Assembly (NCBI RefSeq): GCF_034090835.1
Contig: NZ_JAXDRS010000002.1
Location: 741 to 64,740 of the forward strand
Direction of reading: 5' to 3'
Source: Evtepia sp.
GTDB taxonomy: Bacteria > Bacillota > Clostridia > Oscillospirales > Oscillospiraceae
DNA: 64,000 bases
Below the pieces are notes generated by a model. That model ran no database searches. It was not told the DNA's origin and saw only the letters and a program-made list of their open reading frames with translations. How positions within the stretch are numbered: the first letter of the stretch is position 1; each line of letters starts with the position of its first letter. This document shows, one piece after another, positions 28,716 to 38,699 of this stretch. Made by a program: the position numbers and the translations under genes.

Positions 28716-28829
28716 TATGTGCGAGAAAAGATATACTCCACAATGGGAGCATATCCTGGTATGCGTTTGGGTTATTATATCCCTCCCCAGTCTAAAACAC
28801 AAGGAAAACTTGCGGGGGCTGCGGGATCA

Positions 28830-29705
28830 TCAGGATCCGTGATACTTTCGCCGGAAAAACCAGAGCGAAATGAGCCCCGGACAGCCGATCCATACCAACA
28901 CACTAATGAGCGTGACCAAGTCAAAGGCTTCTGTGATGTACGCTGCTGCAAGATAAAACGCAGCCACGGGCAGCGCCGTGATCCCCAGTGTTTTGTGGGC
29001 AATATTCCAGGTCTCTTCATCCTGAACAGTCCACGGCAAGCGCAGCCCTACGTAGCGGTTAAACGGTAGTTTGGGCGCAATGATGCTGGAAAACACCATG
29101 ACTCCGCTGATCAGAGCGGCGGCCAAAAGCTTCTCTTCCTGCTCAGAACCTGTGATCACCCCTGTTTGCCACAGGACGACTCCCGTTACACAGAGGATCA
29201 GAAACAAGCCGTTCAGAACCGTTATGGCCCGCAGGAACGGTAAGGAAGATCTACTTGTGGTGTCGTGAGTCAGCAGACCTATGTTGCGATAGAATACCCA
29301 CAACGCCCCAAGAAAACACAGCCCCACCAGCACCACGGAGACAACAGGCCGGTCAAGCGCCAGCGCTGCAAGCAGAGCCAGAAACGAGAGCATCAGGATG
29401 ATCCCTCGCTTTCGATCGGCCAGTTTCCCAATGCGCGCTGCCTCCATCTGCTGGGCCAGCTGCTGATTGACTCTGGCCAGTTCCTTTGCCAGATCATCGG
29501 GATGGGTTTCCTCTTCTATCCCCAGCAGTTCTTGTACGGAGACCTGGAACAGCGCTGCGATACGAATGACCATCTCCGCATCAGGGACCGACCGTCCGGT
29601 CTCCCATTTTGAGACCGTTTGCCGCACCACCGAAAGGCGGGCTGCCAATTCTTCCTGGCTCATGCCGGCAGCGTTTCGCAGACGCTTGATCGTTGTACCA
29701 ATCAT
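28830..29705 (-). CDS. XRE-family HTH fused to an SdpI/YhfL-like membrane domain
   Basis: SQEELAARLSVVRQTVSKWE; NRYVGLRLPWTVQDEETWNIAH; TTGCAT-17-TATCAT promoter upstream. Confidence 0.8.
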   Translation of the reverse strand: MIGTTIKRLRNAAGMSQEELAARLSVVRQTVSKWETGRSVPDAEMVIRIAALFQVSVQELLGIEEETHPDDLAKELARVNQQLAQQMEAARIGKLADRKRGIILMLSFLALLAALALDRPVVSVVLVGLCFLGALWVFYRNIGLLTHDTTSRSSLPFLRAITVLNGLFLILCVTGVVLWQTGVITGSEQEEKLLAAALISGVMVFSSIIAPKLPFNRYVGLRLPWTVQDEETWNIAHKTLGITALPVAAFYLAAAYITEAFDLVTLISVLVWIGCPGLISLWFFRRKYHGS

Positions 29706-29789
29706 GTGATCGCCTTCTTTCCTGCCCCATGATACCCACACTCCCCCTTTGATGCAAGCAACGAAAAATAACAGAAGGAAGATAAGCCT

Positions 29790-30369
29790 CGTACTCTGCA
29801 ACCCCAGAGAGAAGAAACAGTCCCCCGCAAAGAAGACCCCGACGAAGCAGGCTCTGGGTCTCCCCTTCCGTGCTGGCTTTCCGCAGGAGGATCTCCGAAC
29901 CGAGCAGGAAGAACGCTGGGACAGCCAGCAGACAGGAGGGGCCGAAGAGGACTCCGGCATACAGCAAACCGCTGGGTATAGAGGCCAGGGCTGCGATACT
30001 GTAGGACAGAGAGCATCCTCGCAGAAAAAACAGAACCGGAATGGAAACCCCGGCAAAGGGCAGCCATCGGAAGAGCAGCAAGGTCGCTGGCCAGCGAAAG
30101 ACCAGCCAGCACACCCGGCCAACGGAAGGATGAACGGCCCCTGCCTGCACGGCGAACCGGCCACCGAGCCAGGCACAGCACCCGGCGTAAAGATTCATAC
30201 CCAGTCCTGCAGCGGTTTCCGGGATGGCTCCACCTAAAATGAGAGCTGCCATGAGCAGCAACAGCAAGAGCAGCAGCAAGAGCGCACTCCCTGCCCCAAG
30301 ACACACCGGAAGGACCGCTCCTCGGAGGATCTCCGGGCTTGCTTTGGCTTCCTTTTCTATTTTGTTCAA
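29790..30369 (-). pseudogene. hybrid membrane ORF: TIGR04086-like N-terminus joined to a SpoIIM-like C-terminus
   Basis: Position after yajC and the N-terminal helices fit TIGR04086. From ~30140 the segment FRWP...PVLFFLRG.SLSYSIA...LLAVPAFFLLG resembles Oscillospiraceae SpoIIM-like proteins. The frame then runs on into the next gene's promoter. Confidence 0.4.
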
Positions 30370-30440
30370 AAAATCCCCTCCTCACACAGGATCACTGATG
30401 GATTCTATGCGAGGAGGGGATTCCCTTATGCAGAAAATGC

Positions 30441-30716
30441 TTACTGCTGGGTCTGGTCGACAGAAACACCCTTATTCATGATAGCCCAAGTGGCATATTC
30501 CAGACGTACACGGTCTGCTCCAGTCTCGATGACCACGGTCTTTTCCTTCACGGCGCAGATGTTGCCGATCATACCATCGATCATGGTAACAGAATCGCCG
30601 GGGACCAGCGCTTTCTTCATGGCTTCCTGCTCTTTTCTGCGCTGCTTTTCAGGGCGCATTTTCAGGAAGTAGAAAATCGCAATGTAGACCACAAGCAGTA
30701 TCAGTATAATTTCCAA
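30441..30716 (-). CDS. yajC: preprotein translocase subunit YajC
   Basis: One TM, MRPEKQRRKE, GDSVTMIDGMIG; downstream of tgt. Confidence 0.9.
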   Translation of the reverse strand: MEIILILLVVYIAIFYFLKMRPEKQRRKEQEAMKKALVPGDSVTMIDGMIGNICAVKEKTVVIETGADRVRLEYATWAIMNKGVSVDQTQQ

Positions 30717-30807
30717 GGTTCTTCCCTCCGATGATAATATAAGTCTTACCCTTTATTATAAAAGAGATTCTCTGGTTTGACAAGTCCTTTTTTCTGCTTT
30801 TTCCCGC

Positions 30808-31938
30808 TCACAGGCGGCCGCTCAGCTTGGTGGAATACACCCGCCGGAAGTCTTCAAAGCTCCCCTGGTCCAGCGCATCTCGGATACGCACCATGAGGGT
30901 ATTGTAGAAGTGCAGGTTGTGCAGAACGGCCAAGCGCATGGCCAGCATTTCCCCGGCAGCAAAGAGGTGGCGCAGATATGCCCGGGAAAAAGAGCGGCAG
31001 ACCGGGCAGTCACAGGTGGGGTCGATAGGCTGACTGTCATTTTTATACTTTTCGTTCTTGATATTCAAGGTGCCTTCCCAGGTGTACAGTTTGCCGTGGC
31101 GGGCGTTTCTGGCAGGCATGACGCAGTCAAACATATCGATACCCCGGGCTACTCCTTCGATGATGTTGGACGGGGTTCCCACACCCATCAGGTAGCGGGG
31201 TTTGTCCTTTGGCATATAGGGTTCCACTGCGTCAATGATCTCATACATGGTCTCCGTGGGCTCCCCTACGGCCAGGCCGCCGATGGCATAGCCGTCACAG
31301 GGAATTTCGGCCGCCTTCTGCATATGCCAGATGCGCAGATCAGGGAAGGTACCACCCTGGTTGATGCCAAACAGCATCTGCTGGGGATTCACCGTATCTG
31401 GCAGCTGGTTGAGCCGGTCGTGCTCCACTTTGCAGCGCTCCAACCAGCGGAGGGTTCGCTCGCAGGACTGCTTCACATAGTCATAGGGGGCGGGGTTTTC
31501 CACGCACTCGTCAAAGGCCATCGCAATGTCTGACCCAAGGTTGGACTGGATCTGCATACTTTCTTCCGGCCCCATGAAAATTCGGCGGCCGTCAATGTGG
31601 GAGGCGAAGGTGACACCCTCCTCCTTAATCTTCCGCAGCCCAGCCAGAGAAAAGACCTGAAAGCCGCCGCTGTCCGTCAGGATGGGACCATCCCAGCGCA
31701 TAAAAGAGTGCAGTCCTCCCATTTCCTTCACCAGCTTGTCTCCCGGGCGAAGGTGGAGATGGTAGGTATTCGACAGCTCGATTTGGCATCCGATTTCCTT
31801 TAAGTCATGAGCGGATACCGCACCTTTGATGGCACCCTGGGTGCCCACGTTCATAAAGACGGGGGTCTGTGCGGTGCCGTGGGCACAGGTCAGGGTGCCC
31901 CGCCGGGCCCGCCCTTCGGTTTTCAATAATGTGAACAC
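30808..31938 (-). CDS. tgt: tRNA-guanine transglycosylase
   Basis: TDSGGFQVFSL, DCVMPARNARHG, CDCPVC. Confidence 0.97.
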   Translation of the reverse strand: MFTLLKTEGRARRGTLTCAHGTAQTPVFMNVGTQGAIKGAVSAHDLKEIGCQIELSNTYHLHLRPGDKLVKEMGGLHSFMRWDGPILTDSGGFQVFSLAGLRKIKEEGVTFASHIDGRRIFMGPEESMQIQSNLGSDIAMAFDECVENPAPYDYVKQSCERTLRWLERCKVEHDRLNQLPDTVNPQQMLFGINQGGTFPDLRIWHMQKAAEIPCDGYAIGGLAVGEPTETMYEIIDAVEPYMPKDKPRYLMGVGTPSNIIEGVARGIDMFDCVMPARNARHGKLYTWEGTLNIKNEKYKNDSQPIDPTCDCPVCRSFSRAYLRHLFAAGEMLAMRLAVLHNLHFYNTLMVRIRDALDQGSFEDFRRVYSTKLSGRL

Positions 31939-31956
31939 GAGGTTTCCTCCTCTTAG

Positions 31957-32991
31957 TTAGTAAATGAACATGGCGTCGCCAAAAGAAAAGAACCGATAGC
32001 GTTCCTGCACCGCTTCTTGGTAGGCGGCCAGTACATGCGCTCTCCCTGCCAGGGCGGACACCAGCATCACAAGGGTGGATTCCGGCAGGTGGAAGTTGGT
32101 GACCAGGCAGTCCATCACTTTGAACCGGTAGCCGGGATAGATAAAGATGTTGGTCCATCCTGCGGACTCCTGCAAGGTGCCGTCCTCCCCTGCCCAGCTT
32201 TCAATGGTGCGGCAGGAGGTTGTCCCCACGCAGATGACCCGTCCCCCTTCCCGCTTGGTCTGGTTGATGATCGCGGCAGTTTCTGCGGAAATGGTACAGT
32301 ATTCGCTGTGCATCTCATGCTGGTCTACATCGTCTACCTTCACCGGGCGGAAGGTACCCAGGCCTACGTGGAGGGTCACGTAGCACAGGCGGACACCCAT
32401 GGCTTCAATGGAGGCCAGCAGTTCCTTGGTGAAATGCAGGCCTGCGGTGGGAGCGGCAGCAGAGCCAACCTCCCTGGAGTAGACAGTCTGGTACCGTTCT
32501 GCGCCTTCAAGTTCTTCCTTGATGTAGGGAGGCAGGGGCATTTTTCCCAGCTGTTCCAGAATTTCCAGGAAAATTCCGTCGTAGTCAAACCGGACCAGCC
32601 GGTTCCCGTTGTCCAGAACTTTGGTGACCTGGGCAGTGAGACGGCCCTCTCCAAAGGAAAGGACGGCCCCTTCCCGCAGCTTTTTGCCAGGGCGTACCAG
32701 ACACTCCCAGGTCTTTTCTCCCCGGTCGATGAGGAGCATCACTTCGCAGGTACCGCCGGTTGGCTGGCGCTTGCCGATGAGTCGGGCAGGCAGGACTCGG
32801 GAGTCATTGAGCACCAGGCAGTCCCCGGGCCGGAGGAAGGAGGGCAGCTCGTAAAAATGATGATGCTCTGTTTCTCCGGTTTCTTTGTTCAGCGTCAGGA
32901 GACGGGAACCATCCCGCTGAGGAATGGGGGTCTGCGCAATGAGCTCAGGGGGTAAATCATAGTAAAAATCTGATGTTTTAATAGAGATCAA
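31957..32991 (-). CDS. queA: S-adenosylmethionine:tRNA ribosyltransferase-isomerase
   Basis: [30 protein letters not shown]. Confidence 0.97.
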   Translation of the reverse strand: MISIKTSDFYYDLPPELIAQTPIPQRDGSRLLTLNKETGETEHHHFYELPSFLRPGDCLVLNDSRVLPARLIGKRQPTGGTCEVMLLIDRGEKTWECLVRPGKKLREGAVLSFGEGRLTAQVTKVLDNGNRLVRFDYDGIFLEILEQLGKMPLPPYIKEELEGAERYQTVYSREVGSAAAPTAGLHFTKELLASIEAMGVRLCYVTLHVGLGTFRPVKVDDVDQHEMHSEYCTISAETAAIINQTKREGGRVICVGTTSCRTIESWAGEDGTLQESAGWTNIFIYPGYRFKVMDCLVTNFHLPESTLVMLVSALAGRAHVLAAYQEAVQERYRFFSFGDAMFIY

Positions 32992-33120
32992 TCCTTGTTA
33001 TAGAGTTGCAAACCATACCGGCACAGAGAAGCACAGAACCTCTTCTCCGGCATAGAATGGGGGCAGGGAACGCAGAGGCCGGCTGACGGTCTCTTTTTCC
33101 ATCGGAAGCCCTTCTGTACA

Positions 33121-33149
33121 TTGACATTAAAAATACTCTATGCTATCTT
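33121..33149 (+). promoter_or_regulatory. sigma-A promoter candidate for asd-dapA
   Basis: TTGACA - 17 bp - TATCTT with extended TG. Confidence 0.55.
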
Positions 33150-33278
33150 AAAAATTACGGTTTGCATTGATTTTTTTATTATAGTACAAATACCATCGGC
33201 TTTTCAACTGCTGTTTTCCCGCGCTGGCAGGATTCGCCGTTTTCAGGTAATTTGAACAAATGTCAGGAGGTCCTTCTC

Positions 33279-34364
33279 ATGAAAAAGTACGCTGTTGGTG
33301 TGGTTGGTGCGACCGGTATGGTGGGACAGAGATTTGTCACCCTGCTGGAAAACCATCCCTGGTTTCAGTTGAAGGTGGTGGCGGCCAGCGCCCGCTCCGC
33401 CGGGAAGTCCTACGAGGAAGCCGTAGGCGGCCGTTGGGCCATGAAGACGCCCATGCCTGAAGAGGCCCGGAACCTGATCGTTCTGGACGCCCAGGCAGAG
33501 AAAGAAAAGGTCGCTGCCGCAGTGGACTTCGTCTTCTGTGCGGTGGATATGAAGAAGGAAGAGATCCGCGCCCTGGAAGAGGCCTATGCCAAGCTGGAGT
33601 GCCCCGTGATCTCCAACAACAGCGCCCACCGCTGGACCGAAGATGTCCCCATGGTGATCCCCGAGGTGAACCCTGAGCACATCCGTGTGATCGAAGACCA
33701 GAAAAAGCGTCTGGGTACCACCCGCGGGTTCATTGCCGTTAAGTCCAACTGCTCCATCCAGTCTTATGCTCCTGCCCTCCATCCCCTGCGCCAGTATGGG
33801 CTGGAGAAGGTTCTGGTCTGCACCTATCAGGCCATTTCCGGCGCCGGCAAGACCTTTGAGACCTGGCCTGAGATGGTGGATAACCTGATCCCCTACATCG
33901 GCGGCGAGGAAGAAAAGTCCGAAAAGGAGCCGCTGAAGGTCTGGGGCACCGTGGAAAATGGACGGATCGTCTCCGCTTCCTCCCCCTCCATCACGGCCCA
34001 GTGCCTGCGTGTGCCGGTCTCTGACGGACACACTGCGGCGGTCTTTATGTCCTTCCGCAATAAGCCTTCCGAAGAGGAGATCAAGAACTGCTGGCAGTCC
34101 TTCCGTGGCCGGGCCCAGGAGCTGGAGCTGCCCAGCGCTCCCAAGCAGTTCCTGAACTACTTTGAGGAGCCGGATCGTCCCCAGGCTAAGCTGGACCGGG
34201 ATCTGGAAGGTGGTATGGCCATTACCCTGGGCCGTCTGCGTCCCGATACCCAGTATGATTACAAGTTTGTGGGCCTGTCCCATAATACCCTCCGGGGAGC
34301 CGCTGGCGGCGGTGTGCTGCTGGCTGAACTTCTGTGCGCAGAAGGGTACATCCTCCCCCGCTGA
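33279..34364 (+). CDS. asd: aspartate-semialdehyde dehydrogenase
   Basis: GATGMVGQ, SNCS, YQAISGAG, HNTLRGAAG; RBS AGGAGG. Confidence 0.96.
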   Translation: MKKYAVGVVGATGMVGQRFVTLLENHPWFQLKVVAASARSAGKSYEEAVGGRWAMKTPMPEEARNLIVLDAQAEKEKVAAAVDFVFCAVDMKKEEIRALEEAYAKLECPVISNNSAHRWTEDVPMVIPEVNPEHIRVIEDQKKRLGTTRGFIAVKSNCSIQSYAPALHPLRQYGLEKVLVCTYQAISGAGKTFETWPEMVDNLIPYIGGEEEKSEKEPLKVWGTVENGRIVSASSPSITAQCLRVPVSDGHTAAVFMSFRNKPSEEEIKNCWQSFRGRAQELELPSAPKQFLNYFEEPDRPQAKLDRDLEGGMAITLGRLRPDTQYDYKFVGLSHNTLRGAAGGGVLLAELLCAEGYILPR

Positions 34365-34469
34365 GGAAACGCCATTTTGCAGGCTCGGGTTGTTTTCTTT
34401 ACGAATGAGTTCGTAGGAGAGCAGCCCGGGCCTGCTTTTTTCAGGCCCGCCCGCAAGAAAGGAGACGTT

Positions 34470-35360
34470 ATGAAACCCCCTGTTTTTACCGGAACCTGCA
34501 CCGCGCTCATTACGCCCTTCCACCTCTCCGGCGAAGTGGATTACGATACCTTCCGCCGTCAGATCGACCGGCAGGTAGAAGCGGGTATTGATGCGCTGTG
34601 CGTCTGCGGCACCACAGGAGAAAGCGCCACCCTGACCGCCCAAGAACACAGTCGCCTGGTGGAGGTCTGCGTTTCTCAGGTGGGAGGACGGTGCAAGGTG
34701 ATCGCCGGAGCGGGCAGCAATGACACCGCTGCCGCCCTGTTTCTCTGTCAGCACGCAGAAGACGCTGGGGCAGATGGTCTGCTGGTGGTTACCCCCTACT
34801 ATAACAAAACCACCCAGAGCGGGCTGGTGCACCATTATGAGACCCTGGCGGAAGGGACTTCCCTGCCGATCATTCTCTACAATGTTCCTTCCCGTACAGG
34901 GCTTTCCTTTACCCCGCAGACTTATCATATTTTGAGCCAGCATCCTCGGATCAACGGCATCAAGGAGGCTTCCGGAGACTTTTCCCTGTTGGCAGACACC
35001 TTAGCCCTGTGCGGCGACCATCTCCATATCTGGTCCGGCAACGACGATCAAACCGTTCCCATTCTGTCTATGGGTGGAAAAGGACTCATTTCTGTGCTCT
35101 CGAATCTGATGCCGCGGGAGATGACGGAGCTGACCCATCGCTTCTTAAGCGGAGACCTGACGGGCGCCAGAGAGTTACAGGTTCGTACTGCGCCTCTGAC
35201 CAGGGCACTGTTCTCTCAGGTAAACCCCATTCCCATCAAGGCAGCCATGCGGGAGGCAGGCTTGGACAGCGGTGTGCTCCGTTCACCGCTGGTCTCTATG
35301 GACCCCGCTCCCCTCTCTGCTCTGCGGGAGGCGATGAAACAGCAGAACCTCCTTTCCTAA
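34470..35360 (+). CDS. dapA: 4-hydroxy-tetrahydrodipicolinate synthase
   Basis: GTTGES, TPYYNK, YNVPSRTG, GIKEASG, NPIPIK. Confidence 0.95.
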   Translation: MKPPVFTGTCTALITPFHLSGEVDYDTFRRQIDRQVEAGIDALCVCGTTGESATLTAQEHSRLVEVCVSQVGGRCKVIAGAGSNDTAAALFLCQHAEDAGADGLLVVTPYYNKTTQSGLVHHYETLAEGTSLPIILYNVPSRTGLSFTPQTYHILSQHPRINGIKEASGDFSLLADTLALCGDHLHIWSGNDDQTVPILSMGGKGLISVLSNLMPREMTELTHRFLSGDLTGARELQVRTAPLTRALFSQVNPIPIKAAMREAGLDSGVLRSPLVSMDPAPLSALREAMKQQNLLS

Positions 35361-35428
35361 GGAAAAAACAGCCCCCTGGAGCAGAACGCAATAGGTTCTG
35401 CTCCAGGGGACATCTTTTGATCTGTGTG

Positions 35429-36538
35429 TTACAGGAAAATGGCCAGAGGAACCAGGAGGATCAGCCCGGCTATATTAGCCAGCGTAAAGATGAGCAAATA
35501 GCGAAGGGGCTTGGAATCCGGCTGCGCAGCGTAGAACTGAAAGGAGATCAGACTGGCCAGAGAGGCGATGAGGGTGCCGAGGCCACCCAGATTGGTCCCT
35601 GCCAGCATCCCCTGCCAGTCCTGGGTGAATTCTGCCAGCAGAACAGAAGCAGGAACATTGCTGATGACCTGGCTGGCCAGCAGGGAGGACAGAAGGGCAC
35701 TGCGCCCCATGAGATAGGAGAGAAAGTCCCTCACCTGCTCCATGGCGCCAATATTTCCCGCAAAAATAAAGAAGCAGACAAAGGTGAGCAGGAGGCTGTA
35801 GTTCACCTTCCCCAGCATATTACGGTCCATGAGGAGCAAAGCCAACAGGACGATTCCAGTCAGCGCACCATAGGGAAGCACCCGAAACACAGACAGGAGG
35901 CACAGAAGGAACAGTCCCAGGTACATAGCCAGCTTTCTGCGGCTTGGAATGGTGGTAAAGTCCGGAAAGGAGACTTGGATGGCGGTTTTGGGGACCAGCA
36001 GAGAGGCAGCCAAAAGCCCCACAAGGCTCAGAATGGAAAATGGAAGCATCGCCAGGAAGAAATGGGGGGCAGACAAATCATAGTGAGCATAGAGAAACAA
36101 GTTCTGCGGATTGCCCACTGGCGTATCCATGCTGCCTAAATTGGCGGCGATGGTTTGCAGCACGATCACCTGGATCATCAGTTCCTGGTGCCCAATGGTT
36201 TTCAAAATGAGGATGGCAAAGGGAACAAAGGTGATCAGGGCAACATCATTGGTGACCAACATGGCGGAGAAAAAAGGAAGGAGCACCAGAATGACCACCA
36301 GTGTGCGCAGCCGGTGGGTCCCCCGGAGCATTTTCTCCGCAAGGACATCAAACAGACGGCAGGACTGCAGCCCTGCTACCACTGCCATCAGACAAAAGAG
36401 CAGGCAGAGTACCCGCAGGTCAATATAAGAAAGGTAGGACGCGCTGGAGGGAACCAGAAAGCAGGACAGACAAGCTGCTATGGCAGCTATGATCAGGACC
36501 GGTTCCTGCCGAAACGCAGCATAACATTTGGAACGCAT
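35429..36538 (-). CDS. SLC13/CitMHS-like (ion transporter superfamily) permease
   Basis: TNDVALITFVP, AANLGS, GNPQNL, SQVISNVPA, GTLIASLASL. Confidence 0.8.
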   Translation of the reverse strand: MRSKCYAAFRQEPVLIIAAIAACLSCFLVPSSASYLSYIDLRVLCLLFCLMAVVAGLQSCRLFDVLAEKMLRGTHRLRTLVVILVLLPFFSAMLVTNDVALITFVPFAILILKTIGHQELMIQVIVLQTIAANLGSMDTPVGNPQNLFLYAHYDLSAPHFFLAMLPFSILSLVGLLAASLLVPKTAIQVSFPDFTTIPSRRKLAMYLGLFLLCLLSVFRVLPYGALTGIVLLALLLMDRNMLGKVNYSLLLTFVCFFIFAGNIGAMEQVRDFLSYLMGRSALLSSLLASQVISNVPASVLLAEFTQDWQGMLAGTNLGGLGTLIASLASLISFQFYAAQPDSKPLRYLLIFTLANIAGLILLVPLAIFL

Positions 36539-36743
36539 GGTGACCGCCTCGTAGAATGAATTGACTGGGGTTTTCCAGTCGAAACGCAAAGCGAATCCAC
36601 AATAGCAAATCGAGGGAAAAAGTCAAGAAAAAACAGGAAAGATTCTGCCTCTTTTCCTCTGCTTTTCGTTCTTTTCCTTGACGAAAAGGACCTCTTTCCC
36701 GTACTATGGTTCTAAAGAGATAGAAAGAAGGATGTGAGGTACA

Positions 36744-38068
36744 ATGGAATCGTATGGTATCTTCAGTTTGCTGCCCGTTGCGGTCGTCATTGTCCTGGTC
36801 TTTCTGACCAGGCGGACGGCAGCGTCCCTTCTGGCCGGTACCGTAGTGGGTGCGGTGATGCTCTACGGACCGGGATTTATGAAACCGTGGATCGATACGG
36901 TATACGGGGTCATGGCCAGCGACCTTTGGATCTGGCTGGTGTTGGTCTGCGGATTCTTTGGAAGTCTTGTGGCCCTGTTTGAAGCCTCCGGCGGCATCGA
37001 CGGGTTTACCCGCATCGCTGCAAGGGTCCGCCGTACTCTGATCGGCGCATAGATCCTCGGGGTCATTGTCTTTGTAGATGACTGGCTGTCCATTCTTTCT
37101 GTGGGGACCGCCATGCGGCACGCAGCGGACCGGTTTCGGATTCCCCGGGAAATGCTGGCCTTTGTCAGCAACGCCACCGCCTCCTCGGTCTGCGTGATCG
37201 TTCCTACATCCACCTGGGGTGTCTTTATGATCAGCCAGCTGGTGGCCACCGGTATCTGCACACCGGAGACCGGCATGCAGACCTTTTTGCAGGCCCTCCC
37301 CTTCCTGTTTTATCCTCTGGCGGCCCTTCTCTGCGGACTGCTGTATTCTGCCGGAGTCCTGCCCAAGTTTGGACCCATGAAGAAGGCATATGAAGCCCTG
37401 CGAAAGGAAACGCCAGAACCTATACAGAATCAGAAGCAGGAAGAGGCCAAAGGGAACGCACTGAACTTCCTTCTCCCGGTGATTTTGGTTACGGCCATTA
37501 CCATCGCAACGGGGGAGATCCTTTACGGAACCCTGGCCTGTCTGGTTTTTTGTGCGGTTCTCTATCTGCCGCAAAAACTGATGTCTGCCGGAGCTTATCT
37601 GGACACGGTAATGGTGGGCTTTAAAAACATGATCGGTGTCCTGTTTATTGTGACCAGTGCGTTTATTCTTCGGGACATCAACAACCTCTTAGGCATGCCG
37701 GAGTTTGTGATCGGCGCCGCCAAGGCAGCCATGCGCCCGGAGAGATCCTCCCTGTGGCCGCCTTTCTTATCGTAACAGTGATGGCGGTTGCGGCAGGTAA
37801 CTTCTGGGGGATCTGCGCCATCTCCTTCCCTGTTATCATCCCCATTGCCCAAGCTCTGGGAGGCAACCTCCTGCTGACTGCCGGGGCCATCATTTCCGCG
37901 ACTGCTGCCGGTTCCCACATCTGCTTTTTTGGTTCGGAGGCAACCTTGGCCTGCTCCGCGGCGGAAATTGAAAATGTGCGGTATGCCCAGACCTCCATTC
38001 CCCTGCTCATCATTCCTTTTGTCCTGAGCACGGTGCTCTATCTGGCTGCGGGCATCCTGGTTCGCTAA
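36744..38068 (+). pseudogene. NhaC-family Na+/H+ antiporter-like transporter, disrupted
   Basis: Three consecutive ORF pieces: in-frame TAG at 37050-37052 (IGA*ILGVIVFVDDW) and a 2-nt frameshift at ~37742 (CCG GAG AG ATC CTC). Confidence 0.75.
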
Positions 38069-38078
38069 GAATAATCGA

Positions 38079-38118
38079 TAAAAACAGCGGTTCTCGGAAA
38101 TGAGAACCGCTGTTTTTT
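38079..38118. terminator. bidirectional terminator
   Basis: AAAAACAGCGGTTCTC GGAAAT GAGAACCGCTGTTTTTT. Confidence 0.85.
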
Positions 38119-38120
38119 GC

Positions 38121-38699
38121 TTATTGGGGTGTCATATCAATGACCTGGTCTGCCAAGGCATCCCGTTCGGCTGGATCGTGGGTTACCAGGACCAGGGTTC
38201 TTCCCTTGGTGTGCCGCTTTACATAGGAGAGAACCAGCTCCTTCGTCTCCCGGTCCAACCCGGTGAAGGGTTCGTCCAACACCAACAGCTCGCCTGGTAC
38301 CAGCACTGCCCGGGCAATGGCGACCCGCCGTTTCATCCCGCCGCTGAGGGTGCTGACCGGTGCATGGGCACTTTCCTCCAGACCCAGCTCCGCCAGATGC
38401 TGGAGCAGCAGGGCCTTATCCCCTCTCTTTGCTACGGCGGACAAATTGGAGAGGGCGGAAAAGGACTCAAATAATCTATTTTCCTGAAAGACTGCGGAGC
38501 AGCGGTCCGGCCGCCCGGTTACGGTTCCGGCGTCGGGTATCTCTAATCCCAGGAGGATGCGTAGTAACGTTGTTTTTCCGCAGCCGGAGGGTCCCATGAT
38601 GCAGGTGCACAGGCCAGCCGGAAACGTGGCAAAGAAACCATCCAGCACTACGTTGTCTCCGTATGTTTTCCTGATTTCATGTAAAACCAAATCTGTCAC
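38121..38699 (-). CDS. ABC transporter ATP-binding protein (NitT/TauT type)
   Basis: GPSGCGKT, LSGGM, LDEPF, VTH. Confidence 0.9.
   Translation of the reverse strand: MTDLVLHEIRKTYGDNVVLDGFFATFPAGLCTCIMGPSGCGKTTLLRILLGLEIPDAGTVTGRPDRCSAVFQENRLFESFSALSNLSAVAKRGDKALLLQHLAELGLEESAHAPVSTLSGGMKRRVAIARAVLVPGELLVLDEPFTGLDRETKELVLSYVKRHTKGRTLVLVTHDPAERDALADQVIDMTPQ

Noticed and set aside
28830..30176. 448-aa extended XRE/SdpI ORF
   Set aside because: The true start is at 29705, with its own RBS and promoter; the upstream part is an alternate frame of another gene.
30247..30283. CAG/CTG-rich tract as a phase-variable repeat
   Set aside because: It is an imperfect poly-Leu codon run of a TM helix, not a pure repeat.
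32992..33060. Possible preQ1 riboswitch upstream of queA
   Set aside because: Only a vague resemblance; no convincing P1 stem plus A-rich tail.
33150..33278. Possible lysine riboswitch upstream of asd-dapA
   Set aside because: The leader is too short and lacks the L-box consensus elements.
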